The notes: generated from the letters alone by a model not told the origin. A stretch of DNA of 55,350 bases, filler included, from Platydemus manokwari (GCA_037951405.1; 5 parts of 5 records of this genome joined end to end with filler, not necessarily neighbours in it), one strand, 5' to 3'; shown: positions 1 through 12,239, counted from the whole stretch's first letter. Numbers and translations are program-made.

Positions 1-549
1 TCTGACTAAACTAATTAAATTTACAAGTGAAAACAAAAGCAAATATGATTGAATAAATCAAAGATTTACGAAGTTGTTGAAACATAAACAAAAATATTTT
101 CTAATAATGACGGAGTTCGAATTTATTTTCGACGCCAAAAAATATTATTCTATCGATTAGGTTTGTTGTCGAATATCACAAAATGCATAAATTTAATTGA
201 GATAAACTAATAAATTATTATTAATGAATATTAGACGATCTTTGTTTTTACTTGATATCGCAATTGCATTTTACGATTTCTCTGATGGTTATGAAAAGAT
301 CGCAACAGCAATCATTGATAAATTAAAAACAATAATTTTTCAGTATATTTCATTACATCAGAAAAATTCATTTCGAAAGACTAGGAGTTGTATGCAAATT
401 GTATTGAATTCATCAAATCTTTTGATGAGGTGTTATTTTTTGTTAATTTCATTGATGAAACATTGACTAAATATCCATTGTGCTTATTACACAACAACTA
501 TTAACTAAGTCTTAATTTCATTGGACATTGACAGGAATAATTTTACATG

Positions 550-607
550 GTGTGTTTGATTGTGAAAATTATATAAACTCAATTTATTTCATTTGAAATC
601 ATTCGAA
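550..607 (+). promoter_or_regulatory. Conserved core promoter of microprotein copy 1 (GTGTGTTTGATTGTGAAA - TATATAAA - TCATT Inr-like)
   Basis: Same motif order and the same 31-nt TATA-to-Inr(A) spacing in all three copies. Confidence 0.7.
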
Positions 608-769
608 ATGTCTGACGAAATCATCACCGAAGTCGCTGTCACTGAAGTCTCAGTCGAACAAGTTGCTGCTGCTAAAGTCGATGAGAAGGTCGAAGTTATT
701 GCCAAGAAAGTCACTGAAGAAATCGAAGCAGCTGAAGAAGTTTCTGAATTGAAAGAAAAATCACAATAA
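608..769 (+). CDS. Acidic E/V/K/T-rich microprotein, copy 1 (53 aa: MSDEIITEVAVTEVSVEQVAAAKVDEKVEVIAKKVTEEIEAAEEVSELKEKSQ)
   Basis: ATG 608 to TAA 767-769, read manually (below the ORF-track cutoff). Two paralogs in the window keep the frame. TATATAAA at 570-577. C-ending codon bias (7/10 Val = GTC) in an AT-rich background. AATAAA overlaps the stop. Confidence 0.85.
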   Translation: MSDEIITEVAVTEVSVEQVAAAKVDEKVEVIAKKVTEEIEAAEEVSELKEKSQ

Positions 770-1539
770 ATATTTTATTAAATATAAAATTTTGAAAATT
801 TATCTTTTCTATTATTAAAATGATATTTGATTTATTCATATATCATTTATTTGTATCAGAGATTGTTAAGAAATAGAAACATGGACAATATTAAAGTTAT
901 CTTTTTGTGTTGAAAAGTTACGAATGCTTTGGAGAAAAAATTAATAAAATGTTTTAATTTTTTGAAGATTTTAAATTATGTCAGCAAATTAAAGTAGAAA
1001 TAGATACAAAATAACTGAAATAACAATAAAATTTACATAGTAAATAACATTTGTGTAATAGACAACTGATAAAATAAGTATCTCATCAAAATAAGTATAT
1101 TTAAATCGGAAGAGTTATGCCATGTAAATATATACAAGACACATGAGTTAAAAATAAGTGTATGGTTAAGAAATATAATATTTAGAATAATTAGAGTACT
1201 CGGAACGTCGAATTTATCAATGACAAAGCACTAATAATGAATGGAGAAAAAGGATCAAATATTATTTCGACAGTTGAATTTAAAGAGAAAGTAGAACGCT
1301 GACACTTTGAGTAATGCAAAATGTATATTATGAAACATATTCATAATGAACAGATAATGGTACCAGTAACAGTTCATATTCGAATAACAGAAAAATAAGA
1401 TTTGTATATAAAATTCCTAAACTAGTTTGAAAATTAAATTCTATACTGATACTGTTTACTAATACCGCATTATGTTCGATTATTTGAGATAAATTCATTG
1501 TATAAATAAAAGATATCTTCAACTTTACTTTTTAAATTT

Positions 1540-2083
1540 TTTCACAACTAATTAATCTAATAAATTCTTAATACGGTTTCGTAATTCTTTATTGTTATCA
1601 GCACTAAATATATGGTTAACTCATCATTTTATATTTCAGTAATTTCCAACACTTTCAACTTGATCGTGAATATCAATTATTTTTCATTTTCATGTCTTCC
1701 TTCGACGACGAGTATAAAATCTTTTCATTTTGTACGTGCTTTATATTTTAGAAAATATTCAAAAATCATTTAATATCGACAATAATTATTTTCTTTTCGC
1801 CATGTTGAAAATGTTTAAGTTGATCTGAAATTTCGATACAATTAGTTTGAATTTCTTGTTAGATTTGATTGTTGTCATTTCTGTGTGTTTGAGTATTTTG
1901 TTTCATAATTTTTAAACATGCGATTATGTCTCGATAATCAGAAAAATAGAGATATTGTCAATTGGATTAACTTTTAAAAATGATGACAAAATAATAATGT
2001 ACTCATAATGTACATCATTTACATATTGTGTAATACACTATTCCATTGATATGAATACAGGTTAAAATGTTCTAATTAAACAA
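1540..2083 (+). repeat. Diverged direct duplication (partner 5440-5972), downstream flank of the microprotein unit
   Basis: Colinear similarity from TCACAACTAAT to ACTATTCCATTGATATG...AATTAAACAA in both copies. Confidence 0.7.
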
Positions 2084-2089
2084 TGAATT

Positions 2090-3830
2090 TAGGTTCTGGA
2101 AGCTAGAACTGATTATATGAAATATGGAAAAAAAGTTCCTCAGTAATCTAAACAAAAATTTCTCCGTAATGATATGGAACAAAGAAAGTCTGAAAGAAAT
2201 CGATCTTACAAATAATATATTACTACAATACAATTAAAGGCAAAAGAGGCCACTGGTATTTGGATATATGCTTAATATCAGCCATAACTTTCAATTGATA
2301 AGAATAGAACGTCAAGAGAGTAAAGAAATAAGTGAGTAAGGCTATCTTCGAAAATGAATAGAAGGTCAAGAGAGTAAAACAACTAATATTCATTTTTGAT
2401 AACTGCTTGAAAGATACATTTGAGATCAGGATGTCATTAGCAGGATGACTTTATAATTGAAACAGTAGATGGAATATTTAGTAAACTCTGAACTCATTCG
2501 CTGTGTCTGCACAATTAATTCAAAAAGTAACCCATACTTGTTTAAAGCCAATGATAAAAGAGAGATGAAACTGATCTGAAACTAAAGAGACTTTTTAACC
2601 ACGCTTCAACTGATGCCTTAGAATTAGCCTAAAACCAACTGTCTACCTACAAATAAAAGACTTCAAAAAACATTTCAAGAAAAACAGAAGGAAAAAATAA
2701 AATCGTTCTGAGCGCAAAGGATCGTGTACGAGAGCATGTAAAAATTATTGGTCACTAAAAAAGTTACTAAAAAAATTTATTAAAAGTTACGATGTCTCTA
2801 TCGAAACTGTCAAACTTCTCTTAAATGCGGAGAGATGAAACAAAGCTAATCCAAATTGAAAGGGAAGTCCAGCAGGTCTGCCTAATCTCCGTGTTTTTAT
2901 TCAACATAACAAGCAATTTAATGGAAGCCTGATAATTTCGAATCACCGCATTTTTTGCCTCGCTTATTCAGAGGACAAAGTAATTATTGTGAAAATCAAA
3001 AATGAACACAAAATGATGATCAACGAAGCATCGCCTCTCGGGTTCCAACTTGGTTTCATGTTCAAATCCTTAAAATGTGAGTACTTACATAGAATAAGAG
3101 CAAGTACTAATGCGAAGTAGCTGATGTTTCACAATGAGAAATTTCCTACAATCAGTCTAGAAGAGAACTATCGCTACCTAGGAGTGAACTTCTGTTAAAA
3201 GTTACATAATACAACTGAAGGACTTTTCATCGATATCTAAACTCTAATAAAATAAACTGAAAAAATGAATTTTACTACCATGTCAGAACTTAAAGACCTT
3301 TGAGTTGTTTGTACACAACAAAGTGACCCTCTATATAAGAAATTGCTATATCACTTTTGGTAGACTATTACAGTTCAAAGTGATGATAAGAGAATATCTG
3401 AAAAAAATCCATGTCATATCAAAATTTTGCTCATAAAATTATCTCTACTCAACAAAGTCGAATGGTTGTTGTGAAAATGACGAAAGAGTATAACATGTTG
3501 TCGATCACCAATGAGTATCATCTATCAACGAGCAAACATGAAATATTTGAAATGACGGTCATAAACTCATTGTGTAAAAGTGCAGCAGTGAATAACCAAG
3601 CTGCGACAATAGTGGAAGCATTATAATAGGCCAATTCACAAATTCTATTAAATGAAAGAAGCTATATATGGTGGAATACACAAACAAATCAAAGATGCAC
3701 AAAAACTATTGAGGTAATTTTTTATGCGATCATACCAATTTAATTGGACTAATCAAATTAGAAATGAGCGTTATAACAGCTACTTGGGAGCTATTAGTTA
3801 AATGTGGTCGAAATTAGTGATTATTGATTA
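2090..3830 (+). mobile_element. Decayed non-LTR retrotransposon RT region (RLE/R2-NeSL-type)
   Basis: Ordered degenerate RT motifs with stops and frameshifts: IEREVQQVCLISVFLFNI (~GVxQGxPLSPxLFN, from 2846), CLAYSEDKVII (~LAYADD), LGFMFKSLKC (~GLxFNxxKC), YRYLGV (3169-3186). Boundaries approximate. Confidence 0.75.
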
Positions 3831-3922
3831 AATTATTGATTAAATAAGAATTGTGCTCATTACATAACAATTATTAACCAAACCTCAATTTTATTGGACA
3901 TCGATAGGAATAATTTTGTATG

Positions 3923-3980
3923 GTGTGTTTGATTGTGAAAATTATATAAACCGAATTTGTTTGATTTCAAATCATTCAAA
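3923..3980 (+). promoter_or_regulatory. Conserved core promoter of microprotein copy 2
   Basis: GTGTGTTTGATTGTGAAA, TATATAAA 3943-3950, TCATT 3972-3976. Confidence 0.7.
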
Positions 3981-4142
3981 ATGTCTGACAAAATCATCAC
4001 CGAAGTCGTTGCTACTGAAGTTTCAGTCGAACAAGTCGTTGCTGACAAAGTCGTTGAGAATGTAGAAGTAGTTGCCAAGAAACTCACTGAAAAATCCGAA
4101 ACAACTGAAGAAGTTTCTGAAGAGAAAGCAGAATCACAATAA
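3981..4142 (+). CDS. Acidic microprotein, copy 2 (53 aa: MSDKIITEVVATEVSVEQVVADKVVENVEVVAKKLTEKSETTEEVSEEKAESQ)
   Basis: True ATG at 3981; the track's 3957 start is a TTG upstream of the predicted TSS. Colinear with copies 1 and 3. TATATAAA at 3943-3950; AATAAA shortly after the stop. Confidence 0.85.
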   Translation: MSDKIITEVVATEVSVEQVVADKVVENVEVVAKKLTEKSETTEEVSEEKAESQ

Positions 4143-4254
4143 TCATTTTGATAAATAAATTTTTGAAAATTTCTCCTTGTGTTTTATTAGTAGGTTGTAT
4201 TTTTACTGAATTATTAGATTCACAATCAATCTAATCTAAATGTGAATTAATTTT

Positions 4255-6165
4255 TATATTTGCATTTTGTTAAGAAATGTTTTCGTTCAGGTTTTCCTAA
4301 ATTACTATTTCAATCAAAAAATAGATATGTGGTTCAACTTGATCCTTAATAATTATTATTTTATTTCACATCAATTATTATTAAATACAATTAAAAATAT
4401 TTTGTTGCTTTAGAATAACATTAAATTACATTTTTTCTTATATTTGCGAAATTAATTGTCCTCTTACTATAGTCACAGATATTTTTCTGGTTAAATACTG
4501 CTGTTCTTTTTACAAAATTTAAAGACGAATTTTTCTTTGATATTTTTATTTACACTTAAACCCTTCAGTAAAATCATACTGTCAGTGATCGCTGTTTAGT
4601 GAAGATAAAGGTCTTCTATAAGCTTAAATAAAAATTCAAACTATTTAAACACTTTAGAAGACTTTAGCATGTTTGAAATAAAATACTAAACACACTTGAG
4701 CTTCAAAAGGATAAAGACAATGACAAAGTTCTCTTGCTAAATTTGAGATAAGCTAGGCAATTTGTATATATCTTTTGAGAATAAATTATTTTAATTATAA
4801 TTTTAATATTTGAATCTTTTCTTATCTTAAGACCGCTTATCTTTTGTCATCACTATATTTTATCTTTCAATTAAATGAGACTTATACTATCAAAATAGAG
4901 GAAATATTAAAATTCGATAATAAATACTAAAACGTATAATCTCTTATATATTAATTTATTGAGCTACATTGAAGAACACCGAGTAGAAATTTACATTAAT
5001 ATAATTTTAAAACATGATTAATAATGGAATTTTTGTGCAATCTTTAAGCAACAATTCATTATTAATTTTAATAATAAATCAAGAACCATAATGATTTGTG
5101 TTATTATATACAGCTATTGTCATTCATTTTATTGTTTAATGTGCAATCAAAGATAAAATGTATTTAAAATTATCATATTATTTTCATAAGAATTTTATAT
5201 AATTTTGTGTATGAATCACGAGTTGCATAGCAAGCAAAACTTTAAAACAAATTCAAATTTATAAATAAAAAATAAATTTCGATATTAATAAATTAGTTTA
5301 TATTTTGATGAATAAATATGTTTACATCAGCCATAAATAAAATTATAGTTTATCAAATTTATAAAACATATACATTTAATTTGAAATTAACTTCATTTTA
5401 TAAATCAAATTTATTTTTATCTTTATTTATTTAATTTGCTTCACAACTAATGAATATAATGAATTAAGAACACAATTTAGTAGTTCTTGTGCTTATCAGT
5501 GTTTATTAGCACCTGAATCCTTCATGTTATACTTCAATATTTATTATCACTTGCAATTTGGTAGTGGCATTGGCTTTATTGAATTTTTCTTAAAATACCA
5601 GGAAATATTGTTTTTATTTTGCACATGCTTTATGTTTGAGAGAATATCGAAAAATCATTTGATATTGATCATATATATTTTATTTTTCTCCACAGTTGAA
5701 AATGTTATGGATATTTTATTCGATGCATTCCGTCTTAGATGTGATTGTTATTTCTATCTTTGAGCGTACATGTGATGAAATTCTTTATCACGGGATCATG
5801 TCTTGATATTGAGAAAAATTTGAAATTCCTTCAGCTTTTCAAAAACAGACTCTAAATAACTATTCAAAATGATGAAATAGCAATACAACATTCATAAATT
5901 ACGTCCTTTCCATATAACACAATATACTATTCCATTGATATGGATATGGGCTTTAATTTTCAAATTAAACAAATTTCATCAAATTTTATTAAATCATAAT
6001 TTATTTTTATAAACAAAATCTTATAATTATATTTAATAATAATTAATGCGAAATAAAATAATAATTATTAAGAATCAAGTTGAGCCACTATATCTATTTA
6101 TCGAATGAGAAAATAATTTAATAAAACACGAGCAAAGGTTTTTCTTGTAAAATTATATTAGTAAA
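4255..6165. repeat. Inverted repeat pair of about 170 bp (4255-4430 vs 5995-6165)
   Basis: Reverse complement of ATAGATATGTGGTTCAACTTGATCCTTAATAATTATTATTTTATTTC matches GAAATAAAATAATAATTATTAAGAATCAAGTTGAGCCACTATATCTAT. Confidence 0.75.
5440..5972 (+). repeat. Diverged direct duplication (partner 1540-2083)
   Basis: See partner; similarity ends at the same AATTAAACAA. Confidence 0.7.
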
Positions 6166-7379
6166 AATAACAGGGAGATAATTAACATTTTGCTCATCCC
6201 TGATTATAATTATCATCATTCGGTAATTAATAAAATGCTTTTGAGAATTCAGTCTCAGTTAAACGAATAATATTTAAAAATCATACTAGTTAAATGCTCA
6301 TATAAATATATGATTTTATAAATCAAAGATTACAAGATGTTGCTGAAATACATGCAAGATCATTATATAATGACAGCATAAAATTGAATTATTGAATACA
6401 TAAAGATAATCTTAAATACATTTGCCTGCTGGCTCATGTGTGAACACTGATACAATACACACAAAACCTCAATATTAAAGTTATTGGATCAAGATTCTTT
6501 TTATCAAAATATTATATTCTTGCATTTTGAATTTCATTGATCATGTCGGTATTGTAGCACACATGCTGTTTATTCTTCGCTGACATTAAAATATATTTGT
6601 ATTTCAAGCACAAAGCACAGATTATGCAAATAAGATACAAGTTATCTAATTGATGTTGATTCTATGTGCAAAAATACATGAAATAATATTGTAACTCCAA
6701 ATATGAATTATTATAATCCTTTAACGGTATTTTCATTGTTTCAGAACACATAGTTTTGATTTCTTTTCTTATTTTGCAGTATCTTTTGAATGCGTATATT
6801 CATTCTCTACATTTTGCAATGAATGGGATTACGTAGTTAAATTTGTTTTTGTCTTGATATCCTGAACTCTAGTGAGGTGGCTAATCTGACATATTCTATT
6901 GTAAAATAATCAACATAAATTGGCAGGCATTCATATAAGGTTATAGATAAATAATTTATTGATTATTTCAAATCTTTTATTAGTTAATATGGAATTCTTT
7001 TTCGCCATTGGGACGTATCAAATTGGTTGTATAAGGAAAAAATATTAGGATAAGTATAATAATATACAAACGAGGATAAATAAACGATGTGTTCGTAGAT
7101 TTTAAATCTCGTGCATGTCAGTGAAGATGAATCAATAACAGAGGCATATCAGTGCGATAAAAACACAATTATTTGGCTTAGGAACAATAATACAATAAAA
7201 TAAGAGATTATTTTAATAAACTCGCACCAACTCACCAAAAATTATTATTTGGCAATGCTGAAAATGCCTTTTAATAGATGTTGAATTTAATGATATCTGA
7301 TTATAAAATGAAATTTTAGTTCTAAATAAAAATTAACTAATATTGATAATTTTTGTTAAATTATTTCAAAAATTCATAT

Positions 7380-7790
7380 TATTGATATCACAAGAAGAAT
7401 GACAAGATTTCATGGAAAAGATCCAAAAGACAATAATAATTGCTACGAAATATCTGATTGTATTGATCGAATCTAATGATAGAAGATTTATTTTTATTAA
7501 TTTCACCGATCAAATACTAATTTGAGTACCATTTCGCTGGCTAAACAAAAATTATTAACTAAAACTGAATTTCATTGGACATTCAGAGAAATAGTTTGAT
7601 TGTGAAAATAATAAACTAAATTTATTTCAAATTATAATAAATATCAGTAGAAACAAAATATAATTTTAACAGGTAAATTAATATAATTCTTTGAACAAGG
7701 TCTTGATAAAGGCATAGTGAAATCATCAATAATTTTTTGTATAATATCTTCACGATATCATCACTTATTGTTCAGAAATTAGCAATTTTA
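7380..7790 (+). pseudogene. Decayed fourth microprotein copy (homologous upstream region, degenerate TATA, no intact ORF)
   Basis: 7430-7630 aligns by eye to the upstream regions of copies 1 and 3 (AAAAGACAATAATAATTG..., TTTCATTGGACATT, GTTTGATTGTGAAAAT). TATA is changed to AATAATAAAC. Only relic coding words (ATATCAGTAGAA, GAACAAG...GATAAAG, AAATCATCAATAA) and a copy-1-like 3' flank follow. Confidence 0.45.
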
Positions 7791-7998
7791 GACCCTTAAT
7801 TAAAAATCATGACAATGCTCAGATAATCTGGTATAATTACAAAATATGATTCAATGAAATTAAATAACGTGAGAACAATAAGAATATAAATTGATAAAGT
7901 TATAATATTATATCTATACGTCTTGAAAATATAAACTAATTTTATGAAATATAAATGCAATAAAAATAGGATTTTCAAAGATTTATTTATGAAAATAT

Positions 7999-8151
7999 TT
8001 ATTGTGATTCTTCTTTTACTTGAGAAATTTCTTCAGTTGTTTCGGCTTCTCCAGTGACTTTTTTGGCAACTACTTCAACGGCTTTGGCAACATCAACTTG
8101 TTCGACTGAGATTTCAGTAGCAGCAACTTCAGTGATGATTTCGTCAGACAT
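7999..8151 (-). CDS. Acidic microprotein, copy 3, inverted (50 aa: MSDEIITEVAATEISVEQVDVAKAVEVVAKKVTGEAETTEEISQVKEESQ)
   Basis: Reverse-strand ATG at 8151, TAA at 7999-8001. In-frame 9-nt deletion relative to copies 1 and 2. TATATAAA at 8182-8189 (minus). Confidence 0.85.
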   Translation of the reverse strand: MSDEIITEVAATEISVEQVDVAKAVEVVAKKVTGEAETTEEISQVKEESQ

Positions 8152-8209
8152 TTTGAATGATTCCGAATAAAATACATTTGGTTTATATAAATTTCACAAT
8201 CAAACACAC
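8152..8209 (-). promoter_or_regulatory. Conserved core promoter of microprotein copy 3
   Basis: Reverse complement carries GTGTGTTTGATTGTGAAA, TATATAAA (8182-8189) and TCATT (8156-8160). Confidence 0.7.
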
Positions 8210-8539
8210 TATGTAATTATTTCTAACAATCTCCAATAAAATTGATGTTTAGATCGTGCCTGTTATGTAATAAGCACAAATGTCAGTTTAATCTAAATTG
8301 TTTCATCAGTCAAATCAATAAATGTAAAGCACCAAAGCATATATTTGGATTTATTCAATCTGATTTGCGTAACAATTATTATTGTCTTTTCAATATTTTT
8401 AATGCTGCTATTAAAAATAATATTTATATATTATTATTAGAGATAGAATTTATAAAAAACAAAAAGCTACACAAAAATTAATATTTCTGAAAATTGACCC
8501 TATATTTTTTATGATATTTAATTGTAATGTCAAAAATAT

Positions 8540-9927
8540 ATAATTTCATTACACAAGTTTAATTAAGAGTTAGTTTTGCATAAATCAGAAGTTGGTATTA
8601 ATAATATTTTAAATCTAATATGATACTAATTAAAATTTAATGAAATATATTTTGTGATGTGCGGATTATAATTAAAAATGAATAGAAACTAATACCTTTC
8701 GAACTCAAAATATATATTTGTTCTTTTAGATCTAATTAATTAAAAAATAAATTACCGACATTTTCGGGTGATGCATGGTAAATATTTGAATTGCAATCGA
8801 TAAGGTATGGTTAAAAGTCTTAATGCTTTTGGATGTAATGTCGACACCGACTGCTCACCAACTGAGGTGACGGCTTCTTTATGACCTCGCTTAATAATCC
8901 AAACTTCAGATAGTAAAAACATGAAAATCGATATATTCCTGTTATATGTTAAGGTGCCACTTGATAAGTAAAATTTTAGGAATAACTTGAAGAGAAGCTA
9001 CATAAAGTATAAAGACCTGGCAATTCAAGTCGCTAGGAAAAGCAGAACTTAAGTGAGTGTGCATGTGTTAAACGAAGGTTCTTTAGTGTCATGAGATCTA
9101 CATAATTTTGGAGTCTTGATACTAATGGGGTTTTATAGTAAGAATTCAAATGAGTTGGCTTTTCTTCTTGTTTTTACTTCTAGAATCATATATGTTATAT
9201 CGACCTCATGTATCTTTGGAGGATAGACCTCCAATAAGCAACCCCACCTTATGTCTAACACGCATTATCGCATGAAATGACAGCTTGTGCGTTCGTAAAG
9301 AAACACCGGTATAGGTATTTCTATTTATGTTATTTATAAGGTGTATTTGAGAGACAGTATAGTCTTCTACACCTTTTTATAGTGTTTGATGTAATATCAT
9401 GAAAGAGTGTATTTATCGTGCTTTGTAAGTTCATCTCGTAATGAAGAAAACTGTGTTAAAAATAATCTATAAGATAGAAAATTAATCATATTTTTACATT
9501 TATTTTTATATCAGAGAAAATTTGTCAAAAGTTTGGTTTTGTCATTATTTGTTATTCTTAAAGGTTTCAGCACAAATTTTAATAAACTACCTGATGACTG
9601 CGAAACTACAATTGAGAATTTTGAAGTGTGTTCAGAGCGAACTAATAAGTTTCTTTGCTATTGGCGTTTGATTTAAATAAAATGAATTGTACAGCGAAAA
9701 ATTATTTCACACTGACTACTACACAAGTTTTATTACAAAATAGATTAACATTAATCAGAAGTTTCAATTAAAAATGATTTGATTCTAAAATGAGACTAAT
9801 CAAAATTCAATAAAATTTTGTGATGTGGAGATTATAATAAATGAGCATGAAAGATTTTCTCTTTACATCTAACAATATATTTCTATTTTTCAGATATAAG
9901 TCGTAATTTATTAAAAAAAATAAATTA
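8540..9927 (+). repeat. Diverged direct repeat pair of about 215 bp (8540-8755 vs 9715-9927) bracketing the RLE fragment
   Basis: Shared ACACAAGTTT..AATCAGAAGTT..TTTTGTGATGTG..GATTATAAT..TAAATTA. Confidence 0.6.
8760..9470 (+). mobile_element. Decayed restriction-like endonuclease (RLE) C-terminus and 3' region of a non-LTR retrotransposon
   Basis: Frame from 8921 reads IDIFLLYVKVPLD...IKYKDLA...VSVHVLNEGSLVS*DLHNFGVLILMG...SRIIY, matching the RLE pattern DVxVP...KxxKYxxL...GSLGSW...N..vL..lG...SRxIY, with in-frame stops. Confidence 0.7.
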
Positions 9928-10258
9928 GTAAGCCATTGTATACGCTATAGCTTCATTGATATATGAGATTTTACTTTTAATAATAAAAACTGAATTGTAA
10001 ACACCTTGAATGAATATAATTAACGTGACGAGTCTTTTTGTTAGTGATTAAATTAAAGATTACGAATCAAATCACTTCTAACAAAAAATTTGTTATGAAA
10101 TTCGATTTCCTAATGAGCTGAATTGGTAAAGAATTTATTTCGTAGCCCAAAGAAGAATGATAAATGTTACTCTGACAAAGTAATTGTTAAAGGTGGAAAT
10201 TCTCAACTTATATATTTAATGAGACAAAATAAATTGAGTAGAATAATAAAACATAATA

Positions 10259-10329
10259 TTAGGGTGAACCAAAAGTTCTTTCCGATTTTTTATTAAAAAT
10301 TTAAACATAATTTTACAACAAATGGAAAA
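10259..10329 (+). mobile_element. Mariner-type terminal inverted repeat end, truncated by assembly gap
   Basis: TA followed by TTAGGGTGAACCAAAAGTTCTTTCCGATTTTT resembles mariner TIRs; abuts the N gap. Confidence 0.55.
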
Positions 10330-12239
10330 NNNNNNNNNNNNNNNNNNNNNNNNNNNNNNNNNNNNNNNNNNNNTTAATTAATTAANNNNNNNNNNNNNNN
10401 NNNNNNNNNNNNNNNNNNNNNNNNNNNNNAGCAAACATCGCAAGTATATAGAACATTAATTTATGAAATTCTTAAAAATATTTCGGAATTGGAATGTACT
10501 GGAATGAGGAAGATATTAATGATATATTGCATATATTTTCTAAATAAAGAGTTGAAATTCAAGAGAATTTCTAATTAGTGTAGTTACTGAAAAATTTAAA
10601 TAACATAATCACTATTTAATATAGCCTGTTTTTCAGTCAGTATGGACGGAATTCGATATTTACGTCTACTTTTAGGACAACCGCATTAAATGTGGTTAGA
10701 TAACATCACATATTGGATAACCAAACATGAATTGGCATGAATTAATGAATTTCCGAAAAATTTAATATTTTTTTGATGATTTACTTTAAAGTGTTGAAAG
10801 ATGTTGAATAGGAATTATCGTTTAATTATATTAATCATATATTACTTTACTTGGTCGAAAATAATTTTGAAAACGTGATTATAATGCCAGCATACTAATA
10901 TACATGCGGTGTTACGGGAAATATTAATGAAATAGATTTAAATTATTAACAGATCAAATCATCGATGATCTCCGTCTATTTCGATAATAAATCTGACTTT
11001 TAAGTAATAGGAATTATATTTTATAGTAAAAATTCAATGAATTGTGGCTCTATATCTTGATTGAACGTGGAAGAATTTGAAATCTAATTTAATTAACTTT
11101 TCTTTTTTAAAATTCTTATTCATAGTAAGAATTTTCTTGATTTTATCAATGCAGAAATGTTTATTTATAAATTCACAAAGAAGTTCAAAATCTTCTATCA
11201 TTGATTGCTATTAGAACCCATCGAATTTACATTTAAAAATAAATTAGATAAATACAACAATTTATTTGTAAAATAAATATGAACTCATTCTTAACTGAAA
11301 CCAATACATAGTTACTTGCTGAGTAGACCGATATGGATTTTATTACTCAATTCTTAAAGTTTAAAATTAACTTTTAAAATTCATTAATTTTTTCTTTAAA
11401 ACAAAATTCTAATGAACTCTTTAGTCTTTAATAGATTGTTTTCTTAATCAGAACGTTGCTAAATTTATCGGTCAAAATGACATAGTCAACCTGATAGTTT
11501 AATGATACTTATTTTAAGCAGTGAATGAGAATATAAATTTTATAAATTATCATTTTAGTTTAATAACAATCTAATAAATAAATTAATTAAATAAAACCTT
11601 TAATGACTTGCTTCAAGCTTTTTCATATGAATTAATTCTTTTATAATTACCAGTGATACTGGTTTCAGCCATTGTTGGTAATAACGCCTATAATATTTAT
11701 AACAAAAATAAAATATTTAGAAAATATTAAAAAATATGTGCTTTCAAGAACCAGTAAAATGACACCCCGATCATTTTATTGTTAAAAGACCACAAAAGAT
11801 AAACAAGATAGACCAAATATTAAAAAAAAGTGGAATCAGGAAGTTATATACATATAACCAAAGCAATATAACATTGGGTTTTCACTCTACTTGAAATTAC
11901 TCTTCCGCATAGATTTGATTTATTCTACAGGCAAGTTCAATTTCAGCCTCTCAAAAACTAAAACAACTATAAAGAAAATCAATAACTGGAATCACAAAAA
12001 TTACTTTAACATTAACTCTGCTATTATAATATTTCAAACAAAAGGATTTTATGTATAATAACTCACAAATAAGTGCGACTGTTTAATATAGGAACTTTTT
12101 GGTTTGTGTGATGGATAAGTGGTCAGCAAAAATTACTTGTATTTTTGGATTTCGCAATACAAGATTTTGTCCATACCTATCTTCAAATAATATTGTAACA
12201 ACTAATTAGCTAAAGATTGATAATATTTTTGAAGGTAAG

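Noticed and set aside
3860-4087. 75-aa Thr/Ser-rich minus ORF
   Set aside because: Antisense shadow of microprotein copy 2.
10330-10429. N-run with central TTAATTAATTAA, repeated at 20905-21004, 32708-32807 and 43954-44053
   Set aside because: Identical 100-nt scaffolding spacers with stops in all frames; an assembly artefact, not a biological repeat.
11440-12200. Scattered AG..GT-bounded exon-like pieces on minus (also 35860-36180)
   Set aside because: Could not assemble a stop-free, phase-consistent gene model.
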